Shown one piece after another: positions 27,084 to 39,559 of a stretch of DNA of 64,000 nucleotides. Location: contig OX597817.1 of the NCBI GenBank assembly GCA_951406725.2, forward strand, positions 28,644,001 through 28,708,000, written 5' to 3'. The DNA comes from Octopus vulgaris (Eukaryota). Both the position numbers and the translations under genes were made by a program. The notes under the pieces are model-generated. The model was not told the origin of the DNA and searched no databases. It saw only the letters and a list, made by a program, of their open reading frames with translations. Position 1 is the stretch's first letter. Every line of letters starts with the position of its first letter.

Positions 27084-28709
27084 TTAGTAGTAGTAGTAGT
27101 AGTAGTAGTAGTAATCCTTCCTGCTGGAAGCACAAGGCCTCATATAATAATATTAATAATAATAATAACAGGATTTCATTTTCAAATTGTTCTGTTTTTA
27201 ATGATTGCTATCCTACATTATTTTTAGATTAATCAACAAATGTGGTACATGAAATCATAGAATGATGAAACAAGTGTTTATTTTTTTTCCCTAAAAATGC
27301 CTCAAGAATGATATTTCTCCAAGATGTTTAGCAATGTTCCACTTTGCAAATAGTTTGGGTATTAAACTGATCAGCTTGCAAAATTGTGAACGTGTATTAG
27401 CAAGAGGTCATCTTGTGCATACCTGCTACAGATTATAAGAAAATATCCTTTATGTTGGGGGAATTATATATCTTTGTCATTCTCACATGAAGACATTTAT
27501 TGCTTATTTTTCTATGAAGAGTTTTGTAATCAAATGAAGATAAAAAAGTAGATGAAATATGTAACTGTCTTTGAACATAATGAATGAAATAGAGGATAAA
27601 GGATCAATATGAACCACCTTTTTTCAGTATAAAATGTCAGCTAGCTGACTTTCATAATGTGATTCTTTCTTTCTCATATTTCAACAAGCCGAAATAGGAT
27701 AAGCTTACTTAGTTTGTTTTTCTATTGCGTGTGTTTGTGTGCACACATTATGTGCATGCGTGTCTTTTGATAAATTCCAATATATATAAAGGAGAGTGAT
27801 GGAGAGATATGAGGAACAAAGAGGAACTGGATGATTTTTGGAGAGTATTGTAAAACTATTGTCAGAAGAGAATATAAATTTATACTTAAATGAAACTGCT
27901 CTTCACAAAAACATTTTCCTGTATTTACATAATTCCAAATAATTTTTTTTTTTAGTAAATTTCTGTGATGTAGATATATAGAAGAATTAATGCATTTCTG
28001 TTGTGCCTTGCTATGTGTATGTGTGTGTATGATGCATGTACACTTGTGTATGTCTGTGCAAGCAAGCTTGTATGTATGCATACATGTATATGAACTCATC
28101 AGAAATATTCCCTCTGGGTGTTTTAGATGTGTAAATATAATGTGCTTGGTGAAAAGGCTTAATTGGATTTCCTTTGTGATTCATTATAGTGTTAATGTAC
28201 CTTTTGGAAGGAGGAAAAGTGTTTCAGTGTATTTGAATGTTATTCCAGTATTATTTTTCCCCTCTGTTCAAATTAATTTATGTTGAATAGAATGTTTTGA
28301 TATAAGAAAGACAAAACTTAGAACTGATGAAGAATATGGTCAAGATAGCAAGAATTTTTTTTTATTTTATGGAGTGAATTATTTGATGTATTAGTGAATT
28401 AAATCTAGAGAAGAACTTTATTTCAATTGCTGATTTAGTGTGGATAAAGGTTATTCAAAAAAAATATGGTTCATTGTAGAGAGTATGGTTCATTCGCTAG
28501 TAAAGGTGTGTGGAGATGTATTGCAGGAAAGTTAAGTCATGGACATATTTTGGTAGTATTATCAGCCATTGCATAGTCATCTTTTAATGGTGTCACCACC
28601 ATCATTCTCTTACCAAGTTCTGTTAGTGTTGATTTAACCCCTTGTGAAATAGTTGGGAACAGTGATGATCGTAATAGGGATAGTTGTCTTGTGTTTTTTT
28701 TTCCGTTTT

Positions 28710-29519
28710 TGAGATTTGTCCTTTATAATTCAGATTACTCTGTCAAATGTAATACATAGAGAATACCAAACGAGTTCCCTATGGATACCGTATTTATTAC
28801 AACAAGTGACTTGTAAACATATCTAACTCGCTTTCGCTTGTTGGATATGTTTACAAGCCACGAGTTGTAATAAATACGGTACCCATAGGGAATGAGTTTG
28901 GTATTTTATCTATTACACACGAATAAACGACCATATTTTATTAACCCAATAACTAAATTCTTCACATCGTGTTGAAGCGCGCATGAATACAGCTTGATTT
29001 CACGTCAGTGACGTCACAATGTGTAACTGTAAAAGATGCCATGCCGCAGGAAGATAGTCCGACTTTATAGCGCTAAGTTTTCAGGTGAAATGACTGATAA
29101 CTGATTTTAAGTGATATCTGGTATAAAAAAGATAGTATGTTTGTTTAATTACATGGCTACATTCTACCTGCTGAAAGTAATGAATGAAGTTTAGTTGTAA
29201 CTTATGAATGACAAAAGTAGTGCCGTGACCGTGACCTCGGGTCATCACCATGGATTGACCAATCAGAAGCAGCGCTCGCAGTATCTGACATGTTAGATAC
29301 CAAAAATATCTCAGTGTTCTCACTCACATGTGTGTAATAATTATTTATTCACATTGTTCTGAATTTATCATGCTTTAATTAATTCAAAATCTGGAAGCTT
29401 TGAGATTTCTGTGATGTAATTGTATACTTTTAGAATGATATTGTATGGTAGCTGGTTTTAAGACAAAATAAGTAGAACATTTGGGCTGGATATGGCTGGT
29501 TCAAATACTAAAGGGTTAA
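28710..29519. mobile_element. piggyBac-like MITE copy split by a nested insertion
   Basis: 28710-28754 and 29341-29519 together match the reverse complement of 10891-11117 and end in aaagggttaa. Confidence 0.65.
28755..29340. mobile_element. Nested non-autonomous element with a long one-sided palindrome (possibly Crypton-like)
   Basis: 66-bp arms at 28762-28827 and 28840-28905; tattacacac (28911) and gtgtgtaata (~29330-29339) form an inverted pair; CpG-rich. Confidence 0.65.
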
Positions 29520-30107
29520 AGTTATTAATTTTAATTATTCAGTCATTCTCTTCCCATTCATATCCCTATTTCAAACTAAAACCACTATTTATATGAGTCA
29601 CTAAATTTTAAAAATTAAAAAAAAAATATACTTGACGCTTACTCATTAATTAACTGAAGTTTACAATATAACCAAATGAAATGTTCTTGCATAGGCTTAT
29701 GGTGTAAGGTGCTAATTTAACTATAAACATTTTAAAAATGCTTTGCATAATAAAACTAATGGTTACTGACATTCATATTGCTTCTTTCTTTTTATGCCAC
29801 CAGTTTCTGAAATATTTTACAGTTTGGAATGTAAACAATGCTGATGCAGCAGAATTTGGTTTTATTGGCATTTAGTTATCTTGAGGTGTAAATGTATATT
29901 ATGGATTAGTAATTTCAAATTATATATTCTGTCACTTGGTGCATATATTTTCTATATTTCAAATTTATTGCCTCCTGCTTTCCCTTGAACATTTGAAATT
30001 CATATATTTTACATACATGTTAAAGTATATTCTATTGTGTTATATATATATTATTTATGTTGTAGTATATTCTATGTTACAAACTGGTATCCTTAATTTA
30101 TTTAATA

Positions 30108-30472
30108 CTAGAACCTTTCCCAATTAATGTGAAACCTTCATGCCAAATTTTGTACAGATTGATCCAGCAGTTTGACCGTGCATAGAAGAAATACATAGAG
30201 TGAAAGAATAAAGTGAAACAATATTATAGTCTCATCAAAAGTGAAAGAATAAAAATGAAACAATAGTATACCACTAAAAAAATCAGAAGGGTCATATGGT
30301 GGCAGGGCTACAGCCCCCTATGTAGGCAAAAGTCAAACTTTGACACCCCCCTGGAACCTTCCCTGAGTAATGAAAAACTCTCATATCAAATTTGGTACAG
30401 AATGATCTAGTGGTTTGGCCATACATAGAGGGAACACACACACACACACAGAGTAAATTTTATAGATATAGA
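30108..30472 (-). mobile_element. Non-autonomous Helitron-like fragment with duplicated core
   Basis: Minus strand starts A|TCtatatctataaa...(TG)n; the core gaacctt.cc...aaattt.gtacaga occurs at ~30111 and ~30354. Confidence 0.55.
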
Positions 30473-31175
30473 TGTTAAAATTACATTTTGAATTGGCCTA
30501 TCTTCCATCAGAATGAAAGGTTACTTAATTTGCTTCTGTTAGATATTAATATTCCTTCATTGGAATAATTACTACCATATCTGCTAAACTCATTCATTGC
30601 ATATGTTCATTAGGTACATTTGAATTTAACTTATTAAACTGTACAATAGTGTATTCAATTTCTTATAAATAGGATTGGTGGATTATGTTTCATGTATTAA
30701 TTTTTGGACATAATAAAAATATACAAATGAATTTGATACATTTTTGTTTCAGAAATTTGCTCTTAAAATGAGATCACTTTATTGAAAAAGGAAAAAAATG
30801 ATGATTAAAAAAAAACAGTAACAATATCATCTGAAAAGGAATTAATTAAAATCATATGTTTATATTTATTTAAAATATACTAATTATAAATTACTAGCTT
30901 AATGACTGAAACATTATACCAAAGCATTCTAATTTTTTTTTCTTCTCTAACTCCCAAGAAGTAAAACAGCAAGATGATTATTGCAAGTGAATAATCCTTA
31001 CAACAATTGTATGTTCAAAGTTATTGGCTAAGGAAACATTTTATGAACTTGTATGTGAATGGATGTTAAATATTAATGATGATATTTGTGTAATTTGATC
31101 ATGTGATATAAATGTCAAAAGCTTTTTCCTAATTTGTGAAGTTTAATTGACAATCTTTTTTTCTATATATTTCAG

Positions 31176-31204
31176 GTAAGTCAAAAAGTTATCAAAAGTC
31201 TATG
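31176..31204 (+). other. Candidate 29-nt microexon / recursive-splicing exon of an unidentified host gene
   Basis: ttgac branch-like motif, polypyrimidine tract and ttcag acceptor; exon GTAAGTCAAAAAGTTATCAAAAGTCTATG; downstream donor gtaaga. Open in one frame (xKSKSYQKSM). Confidence 0.5.
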
Positions 31205-32114
31205 GTAAGAACATATTTGTTATGCTTTTCTATGCTGTGGTATATATAGTATATGCCATAGCATATCCTCTTTTTGCTCTGCTAGTGCTCTTGAGATGAA
31301 ATTTAAATTCCACTGATTCCATCACCACTCTTAACATTAATAAGAATGGTTACCCAGTGATGGATAGCTCTGGTTACGAAAGGCAACAATTTCTTTATTG
31401 ACCATACTTTTGTATGAAATTTACTTATCATTCTTTATCTTGTGCATAACAAAAGTCGATTACTTTTTTCATTATTTTATTAGCACAAAACTTTCAATCA
31501 CATAGTCTTTATGTTAACATTATGATGTCATATTATTATTATTTCAAGGTCCTGTGTTTCTTTTGAGCCATTAAATTTGTAATATCTGATAAGCCTCCTT
31601 CTGCAGTATGCAAGTATACCATTTAACTTAGTAGATATATTTGAATTATGACTTTATTATTCTTAGAAAACTTAAAACCCTAATTTTTATTGTCATTGAA
31701 AAAGTTTTGTTACAAAAGAATTTTGTTTCAAATTGTATCAGTTGATTAGTTTATAGAATATTAAAACAAAAGCTCTTAAATCAGAATGTAATAATCAATC
31801 AGAAATCTTGTCTAGTCTCACAATTGAGAAATTACACTCATGTGCTTGTGAAATATTTGATAAGGAATTGGAAGTTGTGCCAAAGGAGTCCTCACATGAA
31901 GTGGAAAATTTTCATTAGTTTTTTGTTTGTTTTTGAAATTTATTATTAATTCAACTGTGACATTTGACTGAAATGTAAATGAAGAACATATTAAAGATTT
32001 TCAAATGCTCTTCCATAAACATATAAGTGTTTTAGATACCTTCCTGTTCTTTTGGATTTTGTGTGTAATTATTTACTGCTGCTATTTTATTAGAAAGATT
32101 TATAATCATTATTA

Positions 32115-33312
32115 CTTTTGATTTGACTCAGGTTTCTTGTTATTTCTGATAGAATTTATGTTAGTAGTGGGTTACTACATGGAACCATAGATATCCACAA
32201 ATGCTCAATAGCCTTTCAAGTGCTTAAAACCCTCCTAATAATCATTCCTGTCCTTAACAAGCAAACTTTCTGTAGAATTCTATTCCAGTGTCTTTCAACC
32301 GTGTCTATTATTTGCCTTTGATTTCTCTGAGGTATTGCCCATGCATTGTTTTCATTTTCCAATTGTTCATTCTTTGTTATTCATCTTGTTTCTTAAATGT
32401 TTTCCTGGTGCATCACATTTTTGGTATGGTATCATTTTATTATTTCTAACCGCAGCAAGCAAGGATTCACTCTGCTCTTTGAGTTTCATCCCAGGTTATT
32501 CTTCTAGTTGGCAACACAGATCTTGCATCCTATGCAGTCTTTTCCTCCTTTTTTCCTAAGCACATAAAGTCTGTCAATATCGCTTTTTGAGTGCAGTTCC
32601 TTGTTAACTGTCATCACTTTACTGGTTTTTCTATCCATTTTTTCAAGCTCATTCGTTGTCCATCTAATGACACCTGAACTTTATTGCATTAAGGAAACAG
32701 CCGATGTGTTCATTGCTCTGATCTTGTTCATTCCATTGAGTCTGCTCCCCATAATTAATTTGGTTCTTCTGATATATTCTCACCCAAAGCTTTCCTTTAT
32801 TCCACTCTCCTTGATTTTGTCATTCTTCAAAATAGCTAGATACTTATATCCATCAGTCTCAACATCCTTGATTTGCTCACTGTTGGGTAATTCTACACTA
32901 TCAGATAATACTACTTTGCCTTTTTGTATTATCAGCATGCCACACATTTTAATCCCAAATTCTATCCCAATATCCTTACTGAATATCTGCATTGTTGAGA
33001 TCAGACCACTTATTTTGCGTTTGGTCTTCCCAAAGATCTTTAAATCATCCATAATTTAATTTTTCTCCATTTTTCAAGGTACCACTTTCCATAGTAGCTG
33101 TGTGAGCAGTATCATGCAAATCACAAACAGTAATGATGATAGGCTATCTCCTTGAATTATGCTTTTCTTGATATTAACCCTTGCCAAAAATTATCCACAT
33201 GATGTTGACTCTGTATTCTAGTTCTTCACATACCTGTATCAACTCAAGACTTTCTAACATCCAGCAATGGGTACAATATCATATGCCTTCTTATAATCAA
33301 TCCATACCATTA
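32115..33312 (-). mobile_element. R4/Dong-clade non-LTR retrotransposon remnant (RT plus 3' end, internally deleted)
   Basis: MDDLKIF...FSKDIGIEFGIKMCG...GYKYL in ORF 32780-33052; flanked by TTA/TAA repeats. Confidence 0.85.
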
Positions 33313-33344
33313 TCATAATAATAATAATAATAATTATTATTATT

Positions 33345-33540
33345 ATTTTGGTTTGGCTCAGATTCGGTCTTATTCTTGGTAGGAATTATGTGGTTAACTG
33401 GTTACTACCTGTAACCTTAGATATCCACAAGTTTTCAGCAGTCTTTTAAGTGCTTAGAATCCTCCTTGATGTCCCTACGAGACAAACTTTTTTGTAGGGG
33501 CTATACTGGGCATTCTATTGCAATCTCCTTCTGCCATTTT
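33345..33540 (-). mobile_element. R4/Dong-clade short 3' end
   Basis: Aligns with 32115-32290 (ggttactac...agatatccacaa...aagtgctta). Confidence 0.7.
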
Positions 33541-33561
33541 ATTATTATTATCATCATTATT

Positions 33562-34103
33562 CGGTAGTCTTATTTTTATCACGTACTTTCACTTCACCAC
33601 CAAATGTAGCTCTGTGTGCCTTAGGTATGTGCTGTGGTTTGTTGTGATGCACTTATTTTTACTGTATTGAAAGTGCTTTATGTAGGATGTGTGTGGTGCC
33701 TAGTAGTGCTATTTTTTTGTATATTATATATACTTGTTGGTCCTGGTGTTTTTGTTATGTATTTGTCTGAATATTTTTTATCATACCTAATGCACCTACT
33801 ATGATATGAAGTTTTTCAGTTTTTAGACTACACATTCAAGTTACCTCTATTTCCAGATTTTTGTATTTTGAAATTTTCTCCGTTTCTTTTAGAGAAACAT
33901 TGTCATCTGTTGGTATTGATACATCAATCAGAAAGCATTTTATTTTCTTGGTGATCTCTGACAACTACATTTGGCATATTGTCCTAATTTCTCTATCTGT
34001 GTATATTGGCATATCCCAGAGTATAGTTGCTTTCTCATTTTCTGTGACCTTTTCTGGCATGTTCCTACACCATCTCTTTTGTTATTCCATAGTGTTAGCA
34101 TAG
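33562..34103 (-). mobile_element. R4/Dong-clade 3' end, different subfamily
   Basis: Restriction-like endonuclease region in decayed frames (C-F-L-I-D-V-S-I-P; K-Y-K-N-L-E-I-E; IVGALG; LLGTTHI); bounded by (TTA)n. Confidence 0.75.
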
Positions 34104-34209
34104 CTTATTATTATTATAATTATTATTATTATAATAATTGTTATTATTATTATTAATATCAATATTATTATTATTATTATTATTATTATCATTATTATTA
34201 TTATTATTT

Positions 34210-34822
34210 AAGATGTCACACAGTATCCAATATCATGATGTTGTTGATTGAAGATATTGTGTCTACTGGAGTTTATACTGTCTGTCAAGTCACAACAAGG
34301 ACCTCAGGCAGTACTTTGCACAATATGTGTGCAGTTCCAAGTAATGCTGATTTTTGCAATACACCTAAATTGTAGAGTATTTCTAAAATTTCCTCCTGTT
34401 TGGTAGTATTGAACCCAATGCTCCAATGACAACATAGACAAACTTTGTTTAACTCTCGTATCTGCTCCATCTTGGTGATCTCAATTCTCAGGTCTACATA
34501 TTTATCAGTCTTTTCTCTTTCTTTCATGATAGTATGTTGATCTCCTGACACTGCCATGTCGATTATAAAGCACTCTTGTTTGATCCTCTTAAAGGTTTCT
34601 ATATTTGGCCTTTGATGCTCTAACACCTTGTATGTCTGCAAGTCAAAGTCCCAGAGAATTTTTACCTTCCCCTTTTTTGTCCATTACCTTTTCTGGTGTA
34701 TATTGGTACCAAGCACCTGTTACTTCATATCGATACTTCTGGCACAGTAGCCAGTAAACGTTTTAGGTTTCCTCTTCATGTCTGTGCTTGTACTCTTTCT
34801 GCACAAGACTTTGACAAGCACA
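34210..34822 (-). mobile_element. R4/Dong-clade 3' end, third subfamily
   Basis: ORF 34285-34641 RPNI...IIDMAVSGD...KTDKYVDLRIEI...LQKSALLGTAHIL; 3' end abuts (TTA)n at 34105-34209. Confidence 0.85.
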
Positions 34823-34894
34823 TTGTCTTTTGGGTAGTGTGATTGAGTTGGTTAATCTCTGCTTGTGTCCATTTCAAGATGGGTGCACTGTAGT

Positions 34895-35110
34895 GGACTA
34901 CAGCAACAGACAAAATGCTGTGGACTAAATGCATTGCAACATTTCTTCCAGCTTATTGTTCTGAGTTCAAATACTGCTGAGGTCAACTTTGCCTTTTATC
35001 CTTTTGAGGTTGATGAAATAATTACCAGCTAAACACTGGGGTTGATGTAATTAACTAACCCTTTCCCTAAAAAATATCAGGCCTTTGTGCCTGAAGTAGA
35101 AAGGATTATT
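34895..35110 (+). mobile_element. SINE family B
   Basis: ttctgagttcaaatactgctgaggtcaactttgccttttatccttttgaggttgat...ctggggttgatgtaattaact. Confidence 0.75.
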
Positions 35111-36437
35111 GTTAGCATCGATTTTATTATCTGATTTGATTCTTGATTGGAAAGGATTTAATTATTGAGTCAATACCTGAAATGTTACGAAAACAACCAA
35201 TAATTTTTCAATTCCTTCATGAGTACCTCTTCAGGTTTATTGTTATCACTTGTTGTTGAAATTTCAGGTCTTTTGTTTTATTTTTGTTGTTAATTTCTTC
35301 ATAGATTTAATTTAGTTGTTGATTTTAATAGGGAAATAATATTTAAAATATATTGAAGTAATATTTTTGCTTAGTATCTCTTAGATCATTTACATTCAGA
35401 GATTGTCTGATGTAAAGTTGTATACAAGAGTCAAAATAAATGAGAATGAAAATAATATTTATATTTGTGATTGCTTGATAGATTACAACCTTGCTAAACT
35501 GTAATGAAACCAGTATGAATCATTCAGAAAATTTTGATTTTTTTTTTTTCTTTTCGTTTCCTTTTACTCCCCACCCTGTTTTGTTACATGTTAAATGCAT
35601 AGATCTGTGTCTACTTAAAACTCTTTATTGATAGTTTCATTTACAAATGCACACATGCAAGCACAGAGGTATTCATATGTAACCATATATGAAAATAAAT
35701 GCACACAAATATTTATTTGTGCATGACTGTGTGTTGTCAACAAATGAAATCAATGTAATATATTCACCTTTATGTATATTTATGTCTAAACATTTATATG
35801 CTCATATATATGACAATAAAAAGAATCAATATTTGTAATATATTCCTTTTTGCAGCCACTAAAGGATATTATTTCATCAATGGTTTCAATATATTTTACT
35901 CATATGCTAGGACACCTTTTCTAATTTATGTATGTTCACTTATATGCATGGATGCATGCATGTACATGCATTCCTACATATTTTAAATCAAAATATATCG
36001 AATTTTACCAGTAGGATAGCTTTCTTCAGTTTTATGTTTTTATTTGTGTGTTCTTATGTTAATTTATTTTAAAATTACAAGAGCTTCACATTATTTTATT
36101 ATAGCAGAAATGCTACATCAGTAGCTCAAGAGCTGAGAGTTTTGTGTGAGTACATGTGAGATTGCATTAAATATTTACCCCCTTGAGTCACTGATATTGC
36201 TTCTCAGTTATGATAAGAGCGCTGTGCTCTATGTATTGCGTTCTTTTGTTAGTATAGGCAAAACTAGATAAAATAAGTGTGTGTGTGTGTGTACACACAT
36301 ACACATGTGTATAAACAAGTCTTTATGCAACTTTTTAAGTGTAGATGTGAGTTTTTCTTCCATATGCACACACATATCTATTTAATTTTATTTTAGTTTC
36401 TAAGTAAAATGAATTTAATGGAAAAAAAGAAAGTAAA

Positions 36438-36604
36438 AGGCATGGTTGTGTGGTAAGAAGCTTGCTTCCCAGCCACCTGATTCTGGTTTCAATCCCACAG
36501 TGTGGCACTTTGGGCAAGTGTCTTCTACTATAGCCTTGGGGTAACCAAAGCCTTGTGAGTGGATTTAGTAGACAGAAACTGAAAGAAAGCCCGTCGCATG
36601 TGTC

Positions 36605-36643
<39 letters not shown>

Positions 36644-36872
36644 GGACATGTTTTTTGTGTTTGTGTCTGTGTTTGACCGCTGTCATCGCTTGACAGCTGG
36701 TGTTGATGTGTTTACATCCCTGTAGCTTCATGGTTCAGCAAAGAGACCAATAGAATAAGTATTAGGCTTAAAAATAAGTCCTGGGGTCGATTTGTTCAAC
36801 AAAAAACCCCTTCAAGGTGGTGCTCCAGCACAGCCACAGTAAAATGACTGAAATAAGTAAAAGAATAAAAGA
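36438..36872 (+). mobile_element. SINE family A, full length
   Basis: tRNA-like head, internal (TA)n and an AAAAGA tail, colinear with 62420-62840. Confidence 0.9.
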
Positions 36873-37582
36873 ATATATTCTTCTTGTTCTCAATTTTAAT
36901 TTGGGCAAATATATATTTGTGAATGTAAGTGATATTTTAGAAACTGTGCTGAAACAGACCATGGAACCTGGTGCACCTCTCAGCCTTGCCAATCCTATTA
37001 TATTGTTCAACCCATGCTAACATGGAAAACAAGCATTAAATGATGATGATGATGAATTATCTGCACCATATTAAAAAAAGAAAAGAAGAATTACTAACCA
37101 AAGCTTTTGTCAAAAATTTTCGACACTCTTCACCTTTTACTTAGAGGATACTATATATGTTTTTGAATTATCCTTTTCAACTTGATCAATAGTATTCATG
37201 TATGTTCTTTACAATGTCAATACTTATTGGATTTGTTACGGCTACTTTTGCAACACAAATTATTTAATTAGGTCATAACTCAAATAAAATATGTCTAGTA
37301 AATAAAGTATGCGTGTATTAGTTAATTCACTGTGTCTATTTATGTGTCTATATATGTGTGTATAATATGATTTGTATGAAGAGAAAAAAAGGAAAACAAA
37401 TTTTTATGCAATCTTAATTATACTCTACATGACATTAGCTGTAAATCTTTTGATTACTTTTTAAATAAGCTTTGGGTTAATTAAATATAAATTCAAAGTA
37501 TGAGCAAAAGAATGATTTTCTAAAATAGCCAACTATTAGCCCGCAGCAGAGTTCCAAAAATTCAACGTTAGTGCAAGGTTCA

Positions 37583-37740
37583 AGTATGGCTGTGTGGCTA
37601 GAAGCTTGCTTCCCAACCACATGGTTCTGGGTTCAGTCCCACTATGTGACACCTTGGTCAAGTATCTTTTACTATAATCTCAGGCCAACCAAAGCTTGTA
37701 AGGGGATTTGGTAGACAGAAACTAAAAGAAGCCCATCATA
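37583..37740 (+). mobile_element. SINE family A, 5' half
   Basis: tggctgtgtgg A box, ggttcagtccc B box. Confidence 0.85.
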
Positions 37741-37869
37741 TACATATATATATATATCTATACATACACACACATCACACAAACACACACACACATACAC
37801 ACACATATATATATACATACATACACTTCTTTTTTAATGAGCACAGTAGTTATTCACATATGTTTTCCA

Positions 37870-38575
37870 GTTAAATCATAAGAGTGGGATACTCAACATT
37901 GAGAAATGTAGGCAATATCATTTCCTCTGTAAAAAATAAGAAATTAAATAATTATTATAATAGCATAATAAATAATAGCTCTAGCCATAATATAACTGAT
38001 ATAGAAAAATGTTAAAGTCGAGATATGACTAAATGTAAGCTCTCTAATAATTGTAAAATAGATAATGTAATTTATAAATGTATAGTTAGCTCTAAGAACA
38101 ATAATAATAAAATTATAAATAAGGCTTATATTGGATCTACAGCTAATGAAATAAAAAAAAAAGAATATTCCAACACTACCAGACCTTTAAAAATCCCAAT
38201 TTAAGTAAGTCTACAGGCTTAAGTAAATATATATGGGAATTAAAATCTAGAAAAAGAGAGTGCACCCTTAATTGGAGTATTATAGATAGAGCCCACTCCT
38301 ATAATATTGGGAATAAAATGTGTTTATTATGCATAACTGAATTTATGAAACTACTATAGTCTAGAGATAAGTTACTAAACACACATGATGAACAAGGAGT
38401 AAAATGTATGCACCAAAGTAATTTTACATTTAGTACAATGAACTACTGAACCCCCAACCCCTGAATCTACCTCATAATTTTATTTCTAAAGAACTTGAAT
38501 AGACTATATAAATAAATAATGCAATGATTAAAATAAAATAAACATATGAATTAAATATTACTAAAATTATATAAT
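37870..38575 (+). mobile_element. Penelope-like element remnant (GIY-YIG endonuclease)
   Basis: Manual translation from 38049: NCKIDNVIYKCIV...KAYIGSTANEIKK / RIFQHYQTFK...TGLSKYIWELK...WSIIDRAHSY...CLLCITE*...KCMH. One frameshift and one stop. Confidence 0.85.
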
Positions 38576-38577
38576 AA

Positions 38578-38990
38578 CAGGAGTGGCTGTGTGATAAGTA
38601 GCTTGCTAACCAACCACATGGTTCCGGGTTCAGTCCCACTGCATGGCATCTTGGGCAAATGTCTTCTGCTATAGCCCCGGGCCGACCAATGCCTTGTGAG
38701 TGGATTTGGTAGACGGAAACTGAAAGAAGCCCGTCGTATTTATGTATATATATATATATATGTATGTGCGTGTATGTTTGTGTGTCTGTGTTTGTCCCCC
38801 TAGCATTGCTTGACAACCGATGCTGGTGTGTTTACGTCCCCGTCACTTAGCGGTTCGGCAAAAGAGACCGATAGAATAAGTACTGGGCTTACAAAGAATA
38901 AGTCCCGGGGTCGATTTGCTCGACTAAAGGCGGTGCTCCAGCATGGCCGCAGTCAAATGACTGAAACAAGTAAAAGAAAAAGAAAAGAAA
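38578..38990 (+). mobile_element. SINE family A, full length and young (~410 bp; possibly the octopus OK family)
   Basis: A box TGGCTGTGTGA, B box GGTTCAGTCCC, ttgggcaaatgtctt core, internal microsatellite, CpGs retained; inserted in the Penelope remnant. Confidence 0.92.
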
Positions 38991-39559
38991 AGAATAACAA
39001 ATTAGATATACCTCCCAATACTATCTATCTTCATATCTACCCCTATCTTATTATCTATTACTTACACAGGACTCAATACTAAATGGATAATTTTCTAGAA
39101 GTTAGCTTTAGCAGAGATAATGTTTATTGTCTATATATTCCCCACCCCCTCTCTATGCATACATACACACAAAGTAAAAGACACCATTGATTAGAAACAT
39201 TTAAGTAATTCACTTTATTTTGTCACACTTTTGTAGGCTTGGCATTTGTCACATTGAATAGCTATACAGTATAGTTTCGTTTTTCTTGAACTTGAATCAT
39301 TTCTTCAAAGAGTCCCATCATCGTCATATTCAACTCTTTCATTCTTTTTTTTTTTTCTTCCAGTTTTCATTTGTAGCATCTGTCATTCACACTCAGCTTA
39401 TGTCACTTCTTATTGCATAACTGTCACGCATTCACATCACTTGTCAACACCAGGCAGCTATGTGTCATGCACATATCAGCTAAAGCTTTTAATGCACAGC
39501 CACTTTCTTAGGTCTCTTGTGTTCAGACTTTTGTGCAAATAACATTACATAGCTAAGGT

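Noticed and set aside
35195-35240. Minus-strand CTGAAGA...GAAA spacing like a hammerhead
   Set aside because: Stem II is mostly wobble or mismatch and stem I is absent.
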